Below, one piece after another: positions 63,801 through 64,000 of a stretch of 64,000 nt of DNA. This DNA is from Phoronis australis (lineage: Eukaryota > Animalia > Phoronida). The stretch is from positions 1,043,933 to 1,107,932 of the forward strand of contig NMRA01000015.1 of the NCBI GenBank assembly GCA_002633005.1, read 5' to 3'. Position 1 is the stretch's first letter; every line of letters begins with the position of its first letter. The notes under the pieces are model-generated. The model saw only the letters and a list, made by a program, of their open reading frames with translations. It was not told where the DNA came from and searched no databases. The translations under genes were made by a program, and so were the position numbers.

Positions 63801-64000
63801 TATTTCAAATAATTGTAGGTCATTCTCCTAGCTATAAAGTCAAGCTGTAGATAACAGTGTAACAGTTATTGATATTTAAAATATTACACATGTTCTTGTA
63901 TCTAGTTTTTACTTTTTCGCTATAGGCCTTGGACTGTCTACCCAAAGACCTCCCATGGACAATTCCTGTTGAAGAGATTAGTTCGCGACGTGACTTCCGG
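27821..64000 (+). CDS. DIS3L2: DIS3-like exonuclease 2 (RNase II/R family), 5' part; gene continues past the window end
   Basis: Conserved exons: 37673-37744 ([21 protein letters not shown]), 38217-38270 ([18 protein letters not shown]), 38814-38915 ([24 protein letters not shown]), 39256-39651, 40306-40453 ([11 protein letters not shown]...[15 protein letters not shown]), 41041-41128, 63312-63411 ([19 protein letters not shown]) and 63926-end ([22 protein letters not shown]). Less certain, but phase-consistent, N-terminal exons: 27821-27923, 28811-28911, 29739-29913 (or 29904), 30773-30882, 35499-35562, 36472-36554. Confidence 0.93.
28010..28265 (+). mobile_element. Possible decayed tRNA-derived SINE
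   Basis: B-box-like gaggtcccaggttcaaa near 28037-28053 and a SINE-like tail gggctataaatt...aaacaacaat. Confidence 0.35.
29088..29190. repeat. 16-bp tandem repeat
   Basis: tattgtcagtgtg(caa/tga/tgc), about 6 copies. Confidence 0.9.
29245..29409. repeat. ~20-bp tandem repeat
   Basis: gggagctatgtagtgttac(a/g), about 8 copies. Confidence 0.9.
31900..33510 (+). mobile_element. Helentron-associated (HINE/DINE-1-like) element fragments with internal tandem repeats
   Basis: Repeats are homologous to 59613-60632. A 3' end signature (gtgggcgcat + hairpin caatgctccgcgttg + ctcttgtt) is present at 32476-32510. Confidence 0.75.
34476..35376. mobile_element. Fold-back non-autonomous element with ~300-bp inverted arms, Kolobok-like
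   Basis: Arms 34476-34779 and 35074-35376 are reverse complements. Termini aggcaaaggcaac / gttgccttcgcct lie in a TTAA(A) context. Each arm ends in a THAP-like start MPHCCCV(R/P)GCTHY. Confidence 0.8.
35640..35740 (+). mobile_element. Penelope-like GIY-YIG endonuclease remnant
   Basis: Frameshifted translation [15 protein letters not shown] / [10 protein letters not shown] resembles the PLE motif KD-x7-GVY-x-I-P-C-x-C-G-K-V-Y-I-G. Confidence 0.5.
35960..36063. mobile_element. ~100-bp hairpin MITE, copy 1
   Basis: Outer stem aatagtcacttac/gtaagtgactatt and inner stem agaaccagttt/aaactggttct. Homologous to 42373-42468. Confidence 0.7.
42373..42468. mobile_element. ~100-bp hairpin MITE, copy 2
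   Basis: Outer stem gtcgggtatgat/atcatatccgac and inner stem attttgagaaccagttt/aaactggttctcaaaat. Confidence 0.7.
42549..43021. mobile_element. Tc1/mariner (pogo-type) MITE
   Basis: TIRs cagtaacggctctacaatttcgcac / gtgcggaattgtagagtggttactg, with TA on both flanks. Confidence 0.85.
43573..43731. mobile_element. Short Tc1/mariner-type MITE
   Basis: TIRs ctgtaaactcgtgggttaacgccc / gggcgttaacccgcaagtttacgg, with TA on the left flank. Confidence 0.75.
43905..44213. repeat. ~38-bp minisatellite, ~8 copies
   Basis: Unit ataccaacagtgcctgaatatgtccaataaacaccaat. Confidence 0.92.
44993..46213 (-). CDS. Intronless rhodopsin-class (class A) GPCR, orphan peptide/chemoreceptor-like, nested in a DIS3L2 intron
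   Basis: 406-codon ORF with 7 hydrophobic segments and class A motifs: GIPGN (TM1), NLAIID (TM2), C-K before TM3, AFDRY, FTFSWLP (TM6), NPLIY (TM7) and helix-8 KQFR. First ATG codon is at ~46195. Confidence 0.92.
   Translation of the reverse strand: MLRTIIMNRTTVPICALSILGSHNCSWKIVEIPALTTSTDGEFNKTLLELRYIAWFHQQLSESYNTILTVMLVIFFILGIPGNLLVVIVHRKKYHNNPSTFFMTNLAIIDMFSCFSVIPFTVAVTYALVPHDWVCKVFAWCEYTTVGMSTYTLIMIAFDRYFALCRPLDFIVTMKRAKYTTLILSGFSVIQAIPLSLIVGGNFTLHLNSGTEITIQTGDCRFGYDFKYFHEDMARILRLLVFLQYMSFVLTITVLYSITFRKMLSQHHKKKTMRKNIVAPSTSKHRELETSVDLDGNRQEVNKEKSKGKSDKQTVSVLPVRGSTVKTTSDVPRSAHFHMAKVLLIITLIFTFSWLPFFLVRFDVIPYRREVFFLFLINNWVNPLIYLMARKQFRHDTKNLLKKIVL
46810..47085. repeat. Degenerate (AAT)n low-complexity tract
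   Basis: Run of aat/aac/agt triplets. Confidence 0.8.
49300..49630. mobile_element. Old interspersed repeat (DNA-transposon-like); related copies at ~44270-44520 and ~55265-55555
   Basis: Shared blocks taggacc...ttggcc/ttgcca...catc(a/g)tatctca(a/g)aaatg...gattgga...tttcagatacta in three diverged copies. Confidence 0.55.
50156..50549. mobile_element. ~390-bp MITE (TTAA-flanked, Kolobok-like), copy 2
   Basis: ttaa|agtggaacttgcatg ... catgcaactacgtctct|ttaa; homologous to 16327-16725. Confidence 0.72.
52700..53010 (-). mobile_element. Possible piggyBac transposase remnant
   Basis: Minus-strand fragments RFLQIPCN and [11 protein letters not shown] resemble the piggyBac RF-x-x-I-x-x-x-L-H-F and S-I-D-E-x-M-V-P motifs, in the expected order. 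Confidence 0.35.
53322..53619. mobile_element. Palindromic element with ~105-bp inverted arms ending in tRNA-like T-arms
   Basis: cagtttatc...gcccccgaccgggactcgaac is inverted as gctcgagtcccggtcgggggc...gataaactg. The centre contains a tRNA-like gtggttccgagcg...gggctcgagtccc. Confidence 0.8.
54400..54738. repeat. Three copies of a 45-bp sequence (direct, inverted, direct); probable MITE ends
   Basis: tgtcataaatctgagactagtgtaggattctctatttctcatg at 54401 and 54694, with the reverse complement at 54644-54688. Confidence 0.7.
59613..60632 (+). mobile_element. Complete Helentron-associated interspersed element (HINE/DINE-1/pearl-like)
   Basis: 5' T-run plus subTIR atgcgcccac, palindrome ccacatatttatatgtgg, a (GTCC)n microsatellite, internal ~453-bp tandem units, 3' subTIR gtgggtgcat, terminal hairpin caacgctctgcgttg and ctcttgtt. 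Confidence 0.85.
62330..62505 (+). pseudogene. THAP domain remnant (transposon-derived)
   Basis: Frameshifted HCCAVG...KDILFHTFP...[13 protein letters not shown], matching the THAP C-x-V-x-G, FH-x-FP and W-x3-I-x-R-x2-F-x-P motifs. Confidence 0.6.
63063..63211. mobile_element. PIF/Harbinger-type MITE
   Basis: TIRs gccaggttgcataaaa / ttttatgcaacccagc, flanked by cag on both sides. Confidence 0.65.
63477..63620. repeat. 29-bp minisatellite, ~5 copies
   Basis: Unit tgcactagctttgagatcaatataaattt. Confidence 0.9.

Overview
AT-rich, intron-containing animal DNA. It is probably a marine invertebrate such as a mollusc; this is inferred from gene structure and repeat types and cannot be proven from the window. 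No prokaryotic features or CRISPR arrays were found. I reconstructed the genes by hand from splice sites and exon phases: (1) the last two exons of an unidentified + strand gene (353-1304); (2) GNB1L WD40 protein on - (3190-5480, 3 coding exons); (3) a candidate spliced non-coding transcript on + (~7230-9370); (4) a 206-aa ankyrin-repeat protein on - (11693-18619, 7 exons); (5) DIS3L2 exoribonuclease on + (27821 to beyond the window end); (6) an intronless rhodopsin-class GPCR nested antisense in a 22-kb DIS3L2 intron (44993-46213). Two tandem near-duplications abut single N bases (20752, 23824) and look like uncollapsed haplotypes. The intergenic and intronic DNA is dense with transposon relics. 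These include Tc1/mariner, hAT-like, Harbinger-like and Kolobok-like MITEs, THAP-domain remnants, Penelope fragments, a 177-bp hairpin satellite and Helentron-associated (HINE/DINE-1-like) elements. The most striking signals are the co-oriented CTCF-like motifs spaced ~150 bp apart inside the HINE repeats, and a fold-back element made of two THAP-start transposon ends.
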